From: Promethearchaeia archaeon
GTDB taxonomy: Archaea > Asgardarchaeota > Lokiarchaeia > Sigyniarchaeales > SOKP01
Direction of reading: 5' to 3'
NCBI GenBank assembly: GCA_029856045.1
Contig: JAHQWG010000047.1
Coordinates: 128,001 to 192,000 of the forward strand
Length of the DNA stretch: 64,000 bases
In this document: piece after piece, positions 51,189 to 60,668 of the stretch
How positions within the stretch are numbered: the stretch's first letter is position 1
Layout: the number at the start of each line of letters is the position of its first letter
The notes under the pieces: model-generated
Told to the model about the DNA's origin: nothing
The model's input: only the letters and a program-made list of their open reading frames with translations
Database searches by the model: none
Position numbers and translations under genes: made by a program

Positions 51189-51986
51189 ATTTTTGATAAA
51201 TTTTTAGAAGGAAAGGGTGCCGTTATAACTGGCGCTGCTTCTGGGTTTGGAAGAGATATTGCCTTAAAATACGCAGAATTAGGTGCAAACTTGGTTTTAA
51301 ATGATATTAATGAGGAAGGACTTGAAGAAACCACAAAAATGGTGAAATCAAAATTTGGTTCTGAAGTTCTACCTATTAAAGCTGATGTGTCAATTGGGGA
51401 TGAAGTAAATCAAATGAGGAAAAAAGCCTTTTCTACTTTTGATAATATATTTGTGCTAGTTAACAATGCAGGAGGAGGTGTCTCGTCTTTTAAAAATATT
51501 CTTGCCAGAACAGAAGAAGATTGGCATAAAATTTTAGATATTAATTTAAAAAGTCAATGGTTGATGGCTAAAGCGTTCTGTAGAAAAATGAAACCACAAA
51601 AATTTGAACCAATATCTGGGAAGGTAATTAATATGGCTTCAATAGCTGGTGTGCGGCCAGAAGCACAAACACCCGTGTATAGCATAGCTAAGGCTGGAAT
51701 TATTGCGTTAACAAAAATATTGGCAGCACAACTCGCACCAAAAATGACGGTTAATAGTATAGCTCCTGGATACCATATAACTGGACTGTATAATAATTCA
51801 GAACAAGCATTAAAAGACGCGATGGAGGTTCAGGGTATAAAAACCCCCTTAAATAGATTGGGAACAGTTGAAGATGTGTCAAAAGTTGCTGTATTTTTAG
51901 CTTCACCCCTCTCTGATTTCATTACAGCTCAAAATATCGTTGTAGATGGTGGCGTAATTACAGTAGGTGTGGCTGCACATTTATAA
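51189..51986 (+). CDS. Short-chain dehydrogenase/reductase (FabG-like), ATT start
   Basis: TGAASGFG Rossmann motif lies upstream of the track's TTG 51291; NNAG, YSIAK, VNSIAPG, VDGG; TAA at 51183; GGTGA at 51178-51182. Confidence 0.9.
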   Translation: MFDKFLEGKGAVITGAASGFGRDIALKYAELGANLVLNDINEEGLEETTKMVKSKFGSEVLPIKADVSIGDEVNQMRKKAFSTFDNIFVLVNNAGGGVSSFKNILARTEEDWHKILDINLKSQWLMAKAFCRKMKPQKFEPISGKVINMASIAGVRPEAQTPVYSIAKAGIIALTKILAAQLAPKMTVNSIAPGYHITGLYNNSEQALKDAMEVQGIKTPLNRLGTVEDVSKVAVFLASPLSDFITAQNIVVDGGVITVGVAAHL

Positions 51987-52224
51987 ACTAATTATTACCT
52001 AAAAATATTAAAATTTTATTTTTTCTTTCTATATAAAGGCGGAAATGAAAATCTTTTTTATCAAACGCTGGTTTTGGAAACAAGATTCTACTTCAAACTC
52101 ATTAAATATTAGTATATTGTTGGAAATAAACAAAATTTTAATCTGAAAAAAAATCATCTTACATTTATTAGTTCTTTCTAATAAAATATAAAAACAAATT
52201 TAAAATTAAGCCCATAACTATGAT

Positions 52225-53034
52225 TTGTTAGAAATTATGTCATCAGACGTTTTACTTTCAGTTAAGGATATTTCTATTTTCTCGGAAGATAGGCAGTGTA
52301 ATATTGTTGATACAATATCATTTGATGTGATTGAAGGAAGCATTCATTCGATAATTGGGCCGAATGGAGCAGGAAAATCAACCATAGGATATGCAATAAT
52401 GGGAATTTACCATCCATGTAGTGGTAAGATATTTTTTGAAGGGGAAAATATTTCAGACTTAACTATTACAGAGAGAGCAAAGAGAGGAATTACACTTGCT
52501 TGGCAGACTCCAGCTAGGTTTGATGGTTTATCAGTTTATGACTATATTGGTGTCGGTGTCAAAGATAAAAATCTAATTGAGCAAAGAGTGACAGAAGCGT
52601 TAGAAATAGTTAATTTAAATCCGGACATTTATCTTAAGCGAAAAGTAGATGCAAATTTGAGTGGAGGAGAGAGGAAGAGAATCGAATTAGCTTCAGTAAT
52701 CGCGATGCGTCCTAAGCTTGTTATTTTAGATGAAGCAGAGGCGGGAATGGATTTAATTGTTTTAGAGTCTTTTATGGACATTTTCAATAAAATTAAAGAG
52801 CTCAGAATGACCATCTTAATAATTACCCACCGAGAAGATATTGGAATGGTTTCGGATAATTCAACACTGATTTGGGATGGAAAAGTCTTGGCAAATGGCT
52901 CTTTTCGGGATATTATGGTCTTATATTGCCAAAAAGCGGGATTAAAAAAGATTTGCAGCAGAACATTGTTTAATCAGTTTGATGAATCTGTAGATAAAAT
53001 TATTGAAGAGGAAACACGGGAAAATAAAATATGA
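52225..53034 (+). CDS. sufC: SufC/SmsC-like ABC ATPase
   Basis: GPNGAGKST, LAWQTPARFDG, LSGGERKRIE, ILDE; probable start ATG 52237; ATGA overlap with the next gene. Confidence 0.85.
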   Translation: MLEIMSSDVLLSVKDISIFSEDRQCNIVDTISFDVIEGSIHSIIGPNGAGKSTIGYAIMGIYHPCSGKIFFEGENISDLTITERAKRGITLAWQTPARFDGLSVYDYIGVGVKDKNLIEQRVTEALEIVNLNPDIYLKRKVDANLSGGERKRIELASVIAMRPKLVILDEAEAGMDLIVLESFMDIFNKIKELRMTILIITHREDIGMVSDNSTLIWDGKVLANGSFRDIMVLYCQKAGLKKICSRTLFNQFDESVDKIIEEETRENKI

Positions 53035-53981
53035 GTGAAAGAAGTGATTCTAGTGAAATCTTAAATAGCTTAGAAAAGTATGATCTTGATATTAGTGATT
53101 ATCTTCCATCTCATAGTGGTCCAAAATTAGTTCTTAATTTTAATAAGATAACAACCGTTAGTGAAGTTGAGGGTATAATACTCAAAGGTCGAGAGATTGA
53201 GAATGGAATTATAGCTGACATTGTGATTAAAGAAGGAACTGTATTTGAAGATCCTATCCATTTATGTTTTGGAGTCAATAAAGAAACAGGGCTCCAAGAA
53301 ATTTTTCCTAGAATCATCGCAGAAGATAATAGCAGCGTGACTTTACAGGCTCATTGCTCTTTTCCAAATGCAAAAAACCTAACTCATAAAATGTTTGGAC
53401 ACATCTACGTTGGTAAAAATTGCAAATTCGTTTATAATGAAACACACTATCATGGTGAGCAGAATGGGGCTACTGTAGCGCCAGTATCTTATGTTTATGT
53501 TGGAGAAAATAGTTATTTCGAGAATAATTTCTTTTTAACACAGGGAACTATTGGTCGTATGAAGATTCAAATAGACATTTATGCTTTTAAGGATAGTAGA
53601 ATCAATTCAAATGTGAAAGCTTTTGGAAAAAATTCATTGGATTCAATTCGTGTAAGAGATGCAGTCTTTTTGGAGGGAGAAAATGCCAGAAGTATAATAA
53701 AAATGAAAGCTGCAGCCATTGGTGGAGGTGAAGTAATGATGTTCGGTATCACAGAGGGCAATGCAGCGAATACAACAGGTCATGTGGATTGCACTGAAAT
53801 CGTAAAGGACCGAGGATCTAGATGCCGAGCAATCCCCCTTATTAGGGCTACTGATGAGAGTTGTCATATAACTCATGAAGCAAGTTTAGGTAAGGTGGAT
53901 TCGGCACAGTTAAATGCATTAATGGCTCGTGGTTTGGATGAAGATGAAGCAACAGATTTAATTATAAAAAATATGCTTTAA
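53031..53981 (+). CDS. sufB: SufBD/SmsB-like Fe-S scaffold
   Basis: PIHLCFG, AHCSFP, GHVDCTEIV, ITHEASLGKVD..QL..LMARGLDEDEA. Confidence 0.88.
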   Translation: MSERSDSSEILNSLEKYDLDISDYLPSHSGPKLVLNFNKITTVSEVEGIILKGREIENGIIADIVIKEGTVFEDPIHLCFGVNKETGLQEIFPRIIAEDNSSVTLQAHCSFPNAKNLTHKMFGHIYVGKNCKFVYNETHYHGEQNGATVAPVSYVYVGENSYFENNFFLTQGTIGRMKIQIDIYAFKDSRINSNVKAFGKNSLDSIRVRDAVFLEGENARSIIKMKAAAIGGGEVMMFGITEGNAANTTGHVDCTEIVKDRGSRCRAIPLIRATDESCHITHEASLGKVDSAQLNALMARGLDEDEATDLIIKNML

Positions 53982-53996
53982 CGAGGTGTCAAAACA

Positions 53997-54644
53997 GTGA
54001 AAGAAAACACAAAATATAATATGCATAGATTTATAGGGAAGCAAATTATAGATGAGATTCAACCTTGGTTTGAATTTTCTACAAGCTTACCATGGGACGA
54101 AAGAAGTCCTCCGTGGGTATTTGATAATAAGGTAAGAAGGCAAATATTAGTTATATTATCTGAAAGTCCTTTAACTTTTGAAGAAATTATAGAACGAGTA
54201 TTGTTTAAACCAGCGCCATTGATAATAACAAAAGAAGAATATGAGCCAAAAATAATATATCAATGGGATAAAAGAACGATTGAGAATCATTTATTTAATT
54301 TAGAATGGTATGGACTTGTTAGAAAGAACGTTGATAAATATGAAATTAACTTTCCAATTATTAATAAAGAGCAACTAGACGATGTTGAGAATTACGTTAT
54401 TAAATTTGCAGAAAATTGGGTAAAAGTAATTGAGGAATCCAAGGAAGAAATTTTAAATAAATACCAAGGATTGCATAAGAACACTCCAATAATGGATATA
54501 ATTATTGAAAAAATTATTGAGAAATTATGGGAAACTCTTAAAAAGAAGGGATTAGTTCCCAATAAACCGAATCTCAAGCATCTATGGGGAGAACAGTTGA
54601 GAAAAACTAAATTCAATGAATGGGTCTTAAAAAATTTTAAATAA
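53997..54644 (+). CDS. Hypothetical winged-helix protein
   Basis: NKVRRQILVILSESPLTFEEI...IENHLFNLEWYGLV; GAGGTG precedes the GTG start. Confidence 0.6.
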   Translation: MKENTKYNMHRFIGKQIIDEIQPWFEFSTSLPWDERSPPWVFDNKVRRQILVILSESPLTFEEIIERVLFKPAPLIITKEEYEPKIIYQWDKRTIENHLFNLEWYGLVRKNVDKYEINFPIINKEQLDDVENYVIKFAENWVKVIEESKEEILNKYQGLHKNTPIMDIIIEKIIEKLWETLKKKGLVPNKPNLKHLWGEQLRKTKFNEWVLKNFK

Positions 54645-54701
54645 CTATAAATTTCTTATTTTATGCATTCATTTTTTATTATGAAGTAAGGTGAAATTAA
54701 A

Positions 54702-55085
54702 ATGAAAATATTACACAATGGTTTAACATTTCGTTCTAAAGAAGAAAGCGATAAATTTCTCATAGATTTTCTGGGTTTAGAAATAAAACGTTCTTTTACA
54801 GGCGAAAAATGGCTAATGAAGGAATGTTTTGGGATAAATAAAGACATTGAAATAATTCACTATGGAAATGAAGAAGCCCTATTAGAAGTATTTATAAATG
54901 ATAATGTTTCAGAAAAAAAAGATAAAATTGTTCATATTTGTATAGAAGTCGATGATCGGGATTCCTTAGTAGATAAAGCAGCTGCTATAGGAATCGAATC
55001 AATAGTTATTCCAAGAAAAGATAGTGAGAAAGGTTATTACTTATTCATTCGGGATTCTTCAAATAATTTATATGAGATCAAATAA
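54702..55085 (+). CDS. VOC/glyoxalase family protein
   Basis: LHNGL...FLGLE, HICIEVDD, FIRDSSNNLYEI. Confidence 0.85.
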   Translation: MKILHNGLTFRSKEESDKFLIDFLGLEIKRSFTGEKWLMKECFGINKDIEIIHYGNEEALLEVFINDNVSEKKDKIVHICIEVDDRDSLVDKAAAIGIESIVIPRKDSEKGYYLFIRDSSNNLYEIK

Positions 55086-55119
55086 GTTTTAAATTGTTAT
55101 TTGATTTTGAGAAATTATA

Positions 55120-55713
55120 ATGCAATTATATTTCATATCAGATAGAGGATTTTTAATAAAAATAAATAAATATGATTTCTTAGATGAGGACGTTTATGTA
55201 ACTGATGATGGCAGCACTGTTTATATCTGGTATGGCCTAAATGCTTCGAAGGAGAAGAAAGAAGCGGCTTTGCGAACCGCACGGCATATAGTTAGAGAAA
55301 AAGTGGGTTCTGCAAAAATTCTCTTAATGAATCAAAATGATGAATATGGTGCTTTTTTAGCCATGATAGATGATTTAAGAGGTGGTATTTTAGAAGATGG
55401 ATCTTTTAAACCAAGACCTGAATTAGATTTGGAGGAGATCATAGAAGGACCAGAGAAAGATATAGGTCTGGAATCTATGATTAGAGTTGCAGCATATTAT
55501 ATCTCTTTAGAAAATTATACTTATGACGATTTATGTTGGCTTTTAGCCGAAAAACATCTAATCATAATGAAGGGGAAAGCAAACATAACGGAAGATAATA
55601 TCAAGCAGAAAGCGGAGGAGGTATATAAATCATCCACAACATACGATGAGTTATGTTGGTTGATGGGGGAACTTGATATATTGATCGATCAGGGCTATGT
55701 TGAATTAGAATAA
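55120..55713 (+). CDS. One-domain gelsolin with C-terminal X domain (Asgard 1DGelX-like)
   Basis: Gelsolin core DVYVTDDGSTVYIWYG..AS..KK...QNDE..AFL; duplicated YDDLCWLLAE / YDELCWLMGE in the C-terminal domain. Confidence 0.82.
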   Translation: MQLYFISDRGFLIKINKYDFLDEDVYVTDDGSTVYIWYGLNASKEKKEAALRTARHIVREKVGSAKILLMNQNDEYGAFLAMIDDLRGGILEDGSFKPRPELDLEEIIEGPEKDIGLESMIRVAAYYISLENYTYDDLCWLLAEKHLIIMKGKANITEDNIKQKAEEVYKSSTTYDELCWLMGELDILIDQGYVELE

Positions 55714-55813
55714 AGAATTGAGCACCATTTTTTCTCTATTTTTTAAATCGATTAATTTTAAAAGATTTCCATATTTAAATCGAAATTCATAAATAAATAG
55801 AATTGTTGTTATT

Positions 55814-56056
55814 ATACCCAATATAACTTTCTCAATATCTAAAGATCTCTATGAGAAGATGAAACAATATCCTGAGATTAAGTGAAACACCTTATCTCTT
55901 AAGTGGATTGAACCACATCTTGATAAACTCGAAGATCCAAATATACAATCTATATCTGAACTTAGAGACCGGCTTAGGAAAAAAGGTATCTCTACGGATG
56001 ATTTAACTCATGAGAAAATAATAGAATCATATAAAAAGAGGGAATGTCCCAAATAA
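55814..56056 (+). pseudogene. Disrupted RHH-type antitoxin (VapB-like)
   Basis: IPNITFSISKDLYEKMKQYPEIK*NTL... in an 80-codon frame with TGA at 55883, where the family has W (PEIKW); no toxin gene downstream. Confidence 0.65.
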
Positions 56057-56123
56057 GGTTTATAATTGTAATAAAACAAAAGATAATAAATAATAATCAA
56101 ATTAAACATATCTAAATTTATTC

Positions 56124-56492
56124 TTATTTTTGTTTTGTTCTATAATTTTCTATTGCCTTACGTAATCCATCAGATGCTAAGTTAGAGCAGTGCATTTTAA
56201 TGGGTGGAAGACCATCTAAGGAACCTGCAATATCATCTCTTGTTATTTTCATAGCATCATCCAAAGTCTTTCCCTTGGCTAACTCCGTAATCATTGAAGA
56301 AGTAGCAATTGCTGCACCACACCCAAAAGTCTGGAAAGAAATATCGTCAATATGATTATTCTTTACTTTAATATAAATATACATTAAATCTCCACAGATT
56401 GGGTTTCCGATCTCTCCCACAGCATCTGCATCCTTCATTTCTCCCATATTTCGGGGGTTTCTAAAATGATCCATTACTTTTTCTGAATACAT
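56124..56492 (-). CDS. iscU: Fe-S cluster scaffold IscU/NifU-N
   Basis: YSEKVMDHFRNPRN, GNPICGD, FGCGAAIA, LPPIKMHCS. Confidence 0.95.
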   Translation of the reverse strand: MYSEKVMDHFRNPRNMGEMKDADAVGEIGNPICGDLMYIYIKVKNNHIDDISFQTFGCGAAIATSSMITELAKGKTLDDAMKITRDDIAGSLDGLPPIKMHCSNLASDGLRKAIENYRTKQK

Positions 56493-56537
56493 TTCATTTA
56501 TACCTTATTTTTAATCTTTAATTAATATTTTTATATT

Positions 56538-57776
56538 TTAATGGTGGTGGTTAGTTTCGTATGTTGGGTCAAACGTATATTTTTTCCCCTTTTTTAAGGG
56601 AGATATCTTTCTCAATTTTTCGATAATAGGAGGGAGTTTTTCTAAAAAATAGTCAATATCTGCTTCAGTTGTATATCTTCCCGTAGTAATTCTTAATGAA
56701 CCATGTACATCTTCAGGTTTTTGACCGATGGCTAATAATACATGAGAAGGTTCTAAAGATTTTGAAGAGCACGCTGAACCTGTAGAGGTGGCTATACCTT
56801 CCATATCCAAACTTAAAATTATGGATTCTCCTTCAATATATCTAAACCCTAAATTAACATTGTTTGGTAGACGCTTAGTATGGTGTCCATTAAGATAAAC
56901 ATCTTCAATATTTTCAGTAATTACCTTGATAATTTTATCTCTAAATTTTATTAGTTTTTCAGATTCTTCCTTCATATTCCGTTTGCATAATTCAACTGCT
57001 TTTGCAAACCCGGCAATACCCGGAACATTTTCTGTGCTTGACCTCAACCCCCTTTCATGCCCTCCACCATGAAATAGCGGTTCAATATACTTACCCCACC
57101 CTTTTCTTACACCGTGTCCCCTGATATATAATAATCCAACTCCTTTTGGTCCATATAGCTTGTGCGCCGAAGCTGAAAGTAGATCTATATTCATCTCTTC
57201 AACATCGATTGGAACTTTTCCAAGAGTTTGAACAGCATCAGTATGAAATATAACATCGTGTTTTTTTGCGATTTCACCAATTTCTTTTATTGGTTCGATT
57301 GTTCCTATTTCATTATTTGCAAACATTATGGATATCAAAATTGTTTTATTGGTGATGGTCTCTTCCAATTCTTTTAAATCAATCAATCCATATTCATCTA
57401 CAGGTAAGTAGGTTACTTTAAATCCTTGTGTTTCTAGATATTGACAAGTGTGTTGGACAGCATGATGTTCAATGCTTGAAGTAATTATATGATTACCACG
57501 TCCTTTATTTTTAAAAGCTACCCCTTTTATTGCTAAATTATCAGATTCGGTGCCTGATGATGTGAAAAATATTTCATCCGTTTTAGCGTTAATCAATGAA
57601 GCCACAATTTCTCTGGATTTTTGTAATATTTGGGCTGCATTTTGACCTATTTTATGAAAACTTGATGGATTTCCATAAGTTACTCTATAATGTTTCTCAA
57701 TTTCTTTAATAACCTCTGGATCCATGGGAGTTGTAGCAGCGTAGTCTAAATATACATTTTTCATTTCTACTTTCAC
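56538..57776 (-). CDS. iscS: Cysteine desulfurase
   Basis: YLDYAATTP, SGTESDN, IEHHAV, HTDAVQ, SAHKLYGPKG, STGSACSS; probable start ATG 57764. Confidence 0.95.
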   Translation of the reverse strand: MKVEMKNVYLDYAATTPMDPEVIKEIEKHYRVTYGNPSSFHKIGQNAAQILQKSREIVASLINAKTDEIFFTSSGTESDNLAIKGVAFKNKGRGNHIITSSIEHHAVQHTCQYLETQGFKVTYLPVDEYGLIDLKELEETITNKTILISIMFANNEIGTIEPIKEIGEIAKKHDVIFHTDAVQTLGKVPIDVEEMNIDLLSASAHKLYGPKGVGLLYIRGHGVRKGWGKYIEPLFHGGGHERGLRSSTENVPGIAGFAKAVELCKRNMKEESEKLIKFRDKIIKVITENIEDVYLNGHHTKRLPNNVNLGFRYIEGESIILSLDMEGIATSTGSACSSKSLEPSHVLLAIGQKPEDVHGSLRITTGRYTTEADIDYFLEKLPPIIEKLRKISPLKKGKKYTFDPTYETNHHH

Positions 57777-57912
57777 TTATAATTTAATTCCTTCTCAATA
57801 ATTTAATTATTTTTCTTATATTTTAAAAATGCTTTACTATTTGTTAGAACGCGAAAAAGCAAATTACGCATTACTTTTTAGAATTTATTAATTATCTTAA
57901 GATATATATCAA

Positions 57913-58500
57913 TTATGTCGTCTTAAAAGAATTTTCAACTTCTTTCAAGATATTTTCTATAGATTGTTTTTCTTTTAAATTGAATTCAGGAGCAAAATCA
58001 CATTTAATAGAATTACCATAATAAGAATTACCGAAAAATGTTTCACAATTCTTTATCGCTTTTAATAAGAATTTTTGATCCCCAAAATGTAAATATATTG
58101 ATATATCGTTGATAATTAGAATTGAAGTCGGTTTTTTCGCAAATTTTTTAAGCAATTTTAAAGTTAATTTATAATTATGATTTGCATTTCTATACAATTC
58201 CTCTCGATTTTTCGCATTCAAGCGTGGGGGAATAATTTCTCCTTGTAAATTAAGGTAATTACAGCTTTTACTTTTCTTATAAAAATCTTTTATTTTACCT
58301 GCAATTTTTTTTCCTTTAATCATCATTAACTTTGGTGCAAAGTCCAAAATGCTAATTTTCTTGGGATCTATTTGTTTATCTTCTAAAAGAAATCGTATAA
58401 GATTTGCTGTGTAAAATGTCTTTTTAGTATCGACTTCACCGTAGATAATAGTCGTATGTCCGATTAGACTCTCGAAATCTATATTATTATAGAAACTCAT
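57913..58500 (-). CDS. Hypothetical P-loop-like protein
   Basis: TTIIYGEVDTKKT (degenerate Walker A), ILIINDISIYLH (Walker B-like), DFAP, PPRL. Confidence 0.6.
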   Translation of the reverse strand: MSFYNNIDFESLIGHTTIIYGEVDTKKTFYTANLIRFLLEDKQIDPKKISILDFAPKLMMIKGKKIAGKIKDFYKKSKSCNYLNLQGEIIPPRLNAKNREELYRNANHNYKLTLKLLKKFAKKPTSILIINDISIYLHFGDQKFLLKAIKNCETFFGNSYYGNSIKCDFAPEFNLKEKQSIENILKEVENSFKTT

Positions 58501-58535
58501 TTTTCGATTAAAAATAATTTAAATTTATCTTTAAA

Positions 58536-59117
58536 TTAAAAGAAATCCTTCCAAGTTATTCCAGCTTTCTTTAAGACTTTCAGCATTAAAAATCCCAAAA
58601 TAGCTCCGGGGATACAACTTAACGAAAATAGACCCCACCAAAATAATATTCCTTGAAAAGTTGGGACACCATATATTGGTAGAAGAAAATCTGAAATGGT
58701 GCCGCCTATAAATACTGTGCCGATTGGATCCATTAAACTGGCGTAATCAACATATTTTGGTTTTTTTTTACGTAATACATAAGCAACTGTTCCAGTAATA
58801 ACTGCTCCAGAGACACCCCCAGGAAATGCTAATATGGAACCAATACCTAAACTAAAACGTAAGACTGCAATAGCTAATGCAGTTGTACATGCTAAACTTA
58901 ACCCCACCAACACACCCATCATACCATTTATCATATGGGCATATGGGTTAATTTTTGATCCAAAAATTTCAAAGTAAGCAAAAACATTTAAGTAGCTAAG
59001 AATTAATCCAACTCCAACAAATACAGCAGAAGTTGCAATTCTCTTATTTTTATTGGTTTTGAATAATTTTGTATCTTTTGACTCATCAGATGATTGATTA
59101 GAATTAATTTTTTCCAT
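58536..59117 (-). CDS. thiW: ECF transporter S component, ThiW family
   Basis: PYAHMINGMMGVLVG, LRFSLGIGSILAFPGG, DPIGTVFIG. Confidence 0.8.
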   Translation of the reverse strand: MEKINSNQSSDESKDTKLFKTNKNKRIATSAVFVGVGLILSYLNVFAYFEIFGSKINPYAHMINGMMGVLVGLSLACTTALAIAVLRFSLGIGSILAFPGGVSGAVITGTVAYVLRKKKPKYVDYASLMDPIGTVFIGGTISDFLLPIYGVPTFQGILFWWGLFSLSCIPGAILGFLMLKVLKKAGITWKDFF

Positions 59118-59170
59118 ATCTCCAACTATTAATTCTATGTCTATTTACAGTAAAAAAAACATATTTGCAT

Positions 59171-60622
59171 TTATAATAGATAACCTTCTTTTAAATCTTC
59201 AATGTTAATCCCTAACTCTTTCAATTTTTCTCTTATATCATCAGAAATATCAAATATTTTCTTTTCCCTTAATTTGACGCGAGTCTCTGCAATAATATTC
59301 AATAAGGCTTTTATTAATTTATCTTTCTCATCCATTGAGTTAATCCCATATTCTGATATTCTTTGCTCTAAATTAGGGAATATTCCAAATATTTTATCAA
59401 TTTTGGTCATAAATTCAAAAAATTTATCTTTAAATTCTTGTGTAATTTTTAAATTCTTTTCCAAAATTTCTCTATTAAGCTCCCTTATTAACGATAACAA
59501 TTCTGCAATTGCGACAGGAGTGTTAAAATCATCATCCATCACTTCGATAATATTTGATTCAGTATCATTTATTTTTAAAAGTAAATTATCAACTTCAGAA
59601 GATCTCTCTTTTATTGGAGGAATTTGGAAAATTTTCTTTATTGTATTAAGTAATTTTTCATAATTTTTTTCAATCTGTTTCATATTCTCTAAAGAGTAAT
59701 TTATGGACTTCCGGTAATGCGAAGAAATTAAAAAGAATCTAACCACCATAGGGTCAAATTCCTTTACAACTTCAGTAACTGAAAAAATATTCCCCAAGCT
59801 TTTTGACATTTTCTCATCATCGAGATTTACAAAACCATTATGTAGAAAATAATTCGCAAATGTCTTACCTGTGAATGATTCAGATTGTGCAATTTCATTC
59901 CTATGATGAGGAAATTTCAAATCTTGACCACCTCCATGAATATCAATTGTTTCCCCTAAATAATAGATTGCCATTGCTGAACATTCGATGTGCCAACCGG
60001 GCCTCCCTTTACTCCACGGGCTTTTCCAATATGGTTCTCCTTCCTTCATTTTTTTCCATAAGGCAAAATCTCTTGGATCTAATTTGTCTTCGCCAAATGC
60101 AACATCTTGATCTTCTTCGATTTCTTGTTCAATTTCCTCTTCAATATCTAAGTTTTGAAAAATTGTCTTGTATTTCGGAAATGAATTTACAGAAAAATAT
60201 ACAGAGCCATTTTTCTCATAAGCAACACCTTTTTCTATCAGACCTTGAATAAATTTTACCATAAAGTCGATAGTCTCCGTGGCTTTGGGATTCAAATAAT
60301 CCTTTTCTATGTTTAAAACATCCATAATTTCAAAATATTCTTTTGTATACTGTTCGCTGAGAGTTTTTGTATCAATACCTTTCTCATTAGCCCTGTTAAT
60401 TATCTTATCATCAATGTCAGTGATGTTTTTTACGAGTTTAACATTAAAACCCTTGAATTCAAGATACTTGCGAATGATATCAAATACTACTGCTGACTTT
60501 GCATGCCCTAGATGAGGTGAACCATAAACTGTTGGACCACAGACATACATCAAAACTTCATTAGGACTTATCGGTTTAAATTCTTCTTTTTGAAATGTTA
60601 AACTATTATATACTTTCAGCAT
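59171..60622 (-). CDS. cysS: Cysteine--tRNA ligase
   Basis: YVCGPTVY..HLGH, NITDIDDKII, DFALWK, GRPGWHIECS, HGGGQDLKFPHH, KMSKSLGN. Confidence 0.97.
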   Translation of the reverse strand: MLKVYNSLTFQKEEFKPISPNEVLMYVCGPTVYGSPHLGHAKSAVVFDIIRKYLEFKGFNVKLVKNITDIDDKIINRANEKGIDTKTLSEQYTKEYFEIMDVLNIEKDYLNPKATETIDFMVKFIQGLIEKGVAYEKNGSVYFSVNSFPKYKTIFQNLDIEEEIEQEIEEDQDVAFGEDKLDPRDFALWKKMKEGEPYWKSPWSKGRPGWHIECSAMAIYYLGETIDIHGGGQDLKFPHHRNEIAQSESFTGKTFANYFLHNGFVNLDDEKMSKSLGNIFSVTEVVKEFDPMVVRFFLISSHYRKSINYSLENMKQIEKNYEKLLNTIKKIFQIPPIKERSSEVDNLLLKINDTESNIIEVMDDDFNTPVAIAELLSLIRELNREILEKNLKITQEFKDKFFEFMTKIDKIFGIFPNLEQRISEYGINSMDEKDKLIKALLNIIAETRVKLREKKIFDISDDIREKLKELGINIEDLKEGYLL

Positions 60623-60668
60623 CCTTTGAGTAAGTTAATTAAATTTTTAAATGTTTTTAAACAAAATA

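Noticed and set aside
35317-55885. Stop-codon recoding (Sec, Pyl or Trp) at the internal TAG 35319-35317 and TGA 55883
   Set aside because: Both sit where Trp is expected in truncated or orphan relics; TGA and TAG are ordinary stops elsewhere in the window; no SECIS-like hairpin recognised
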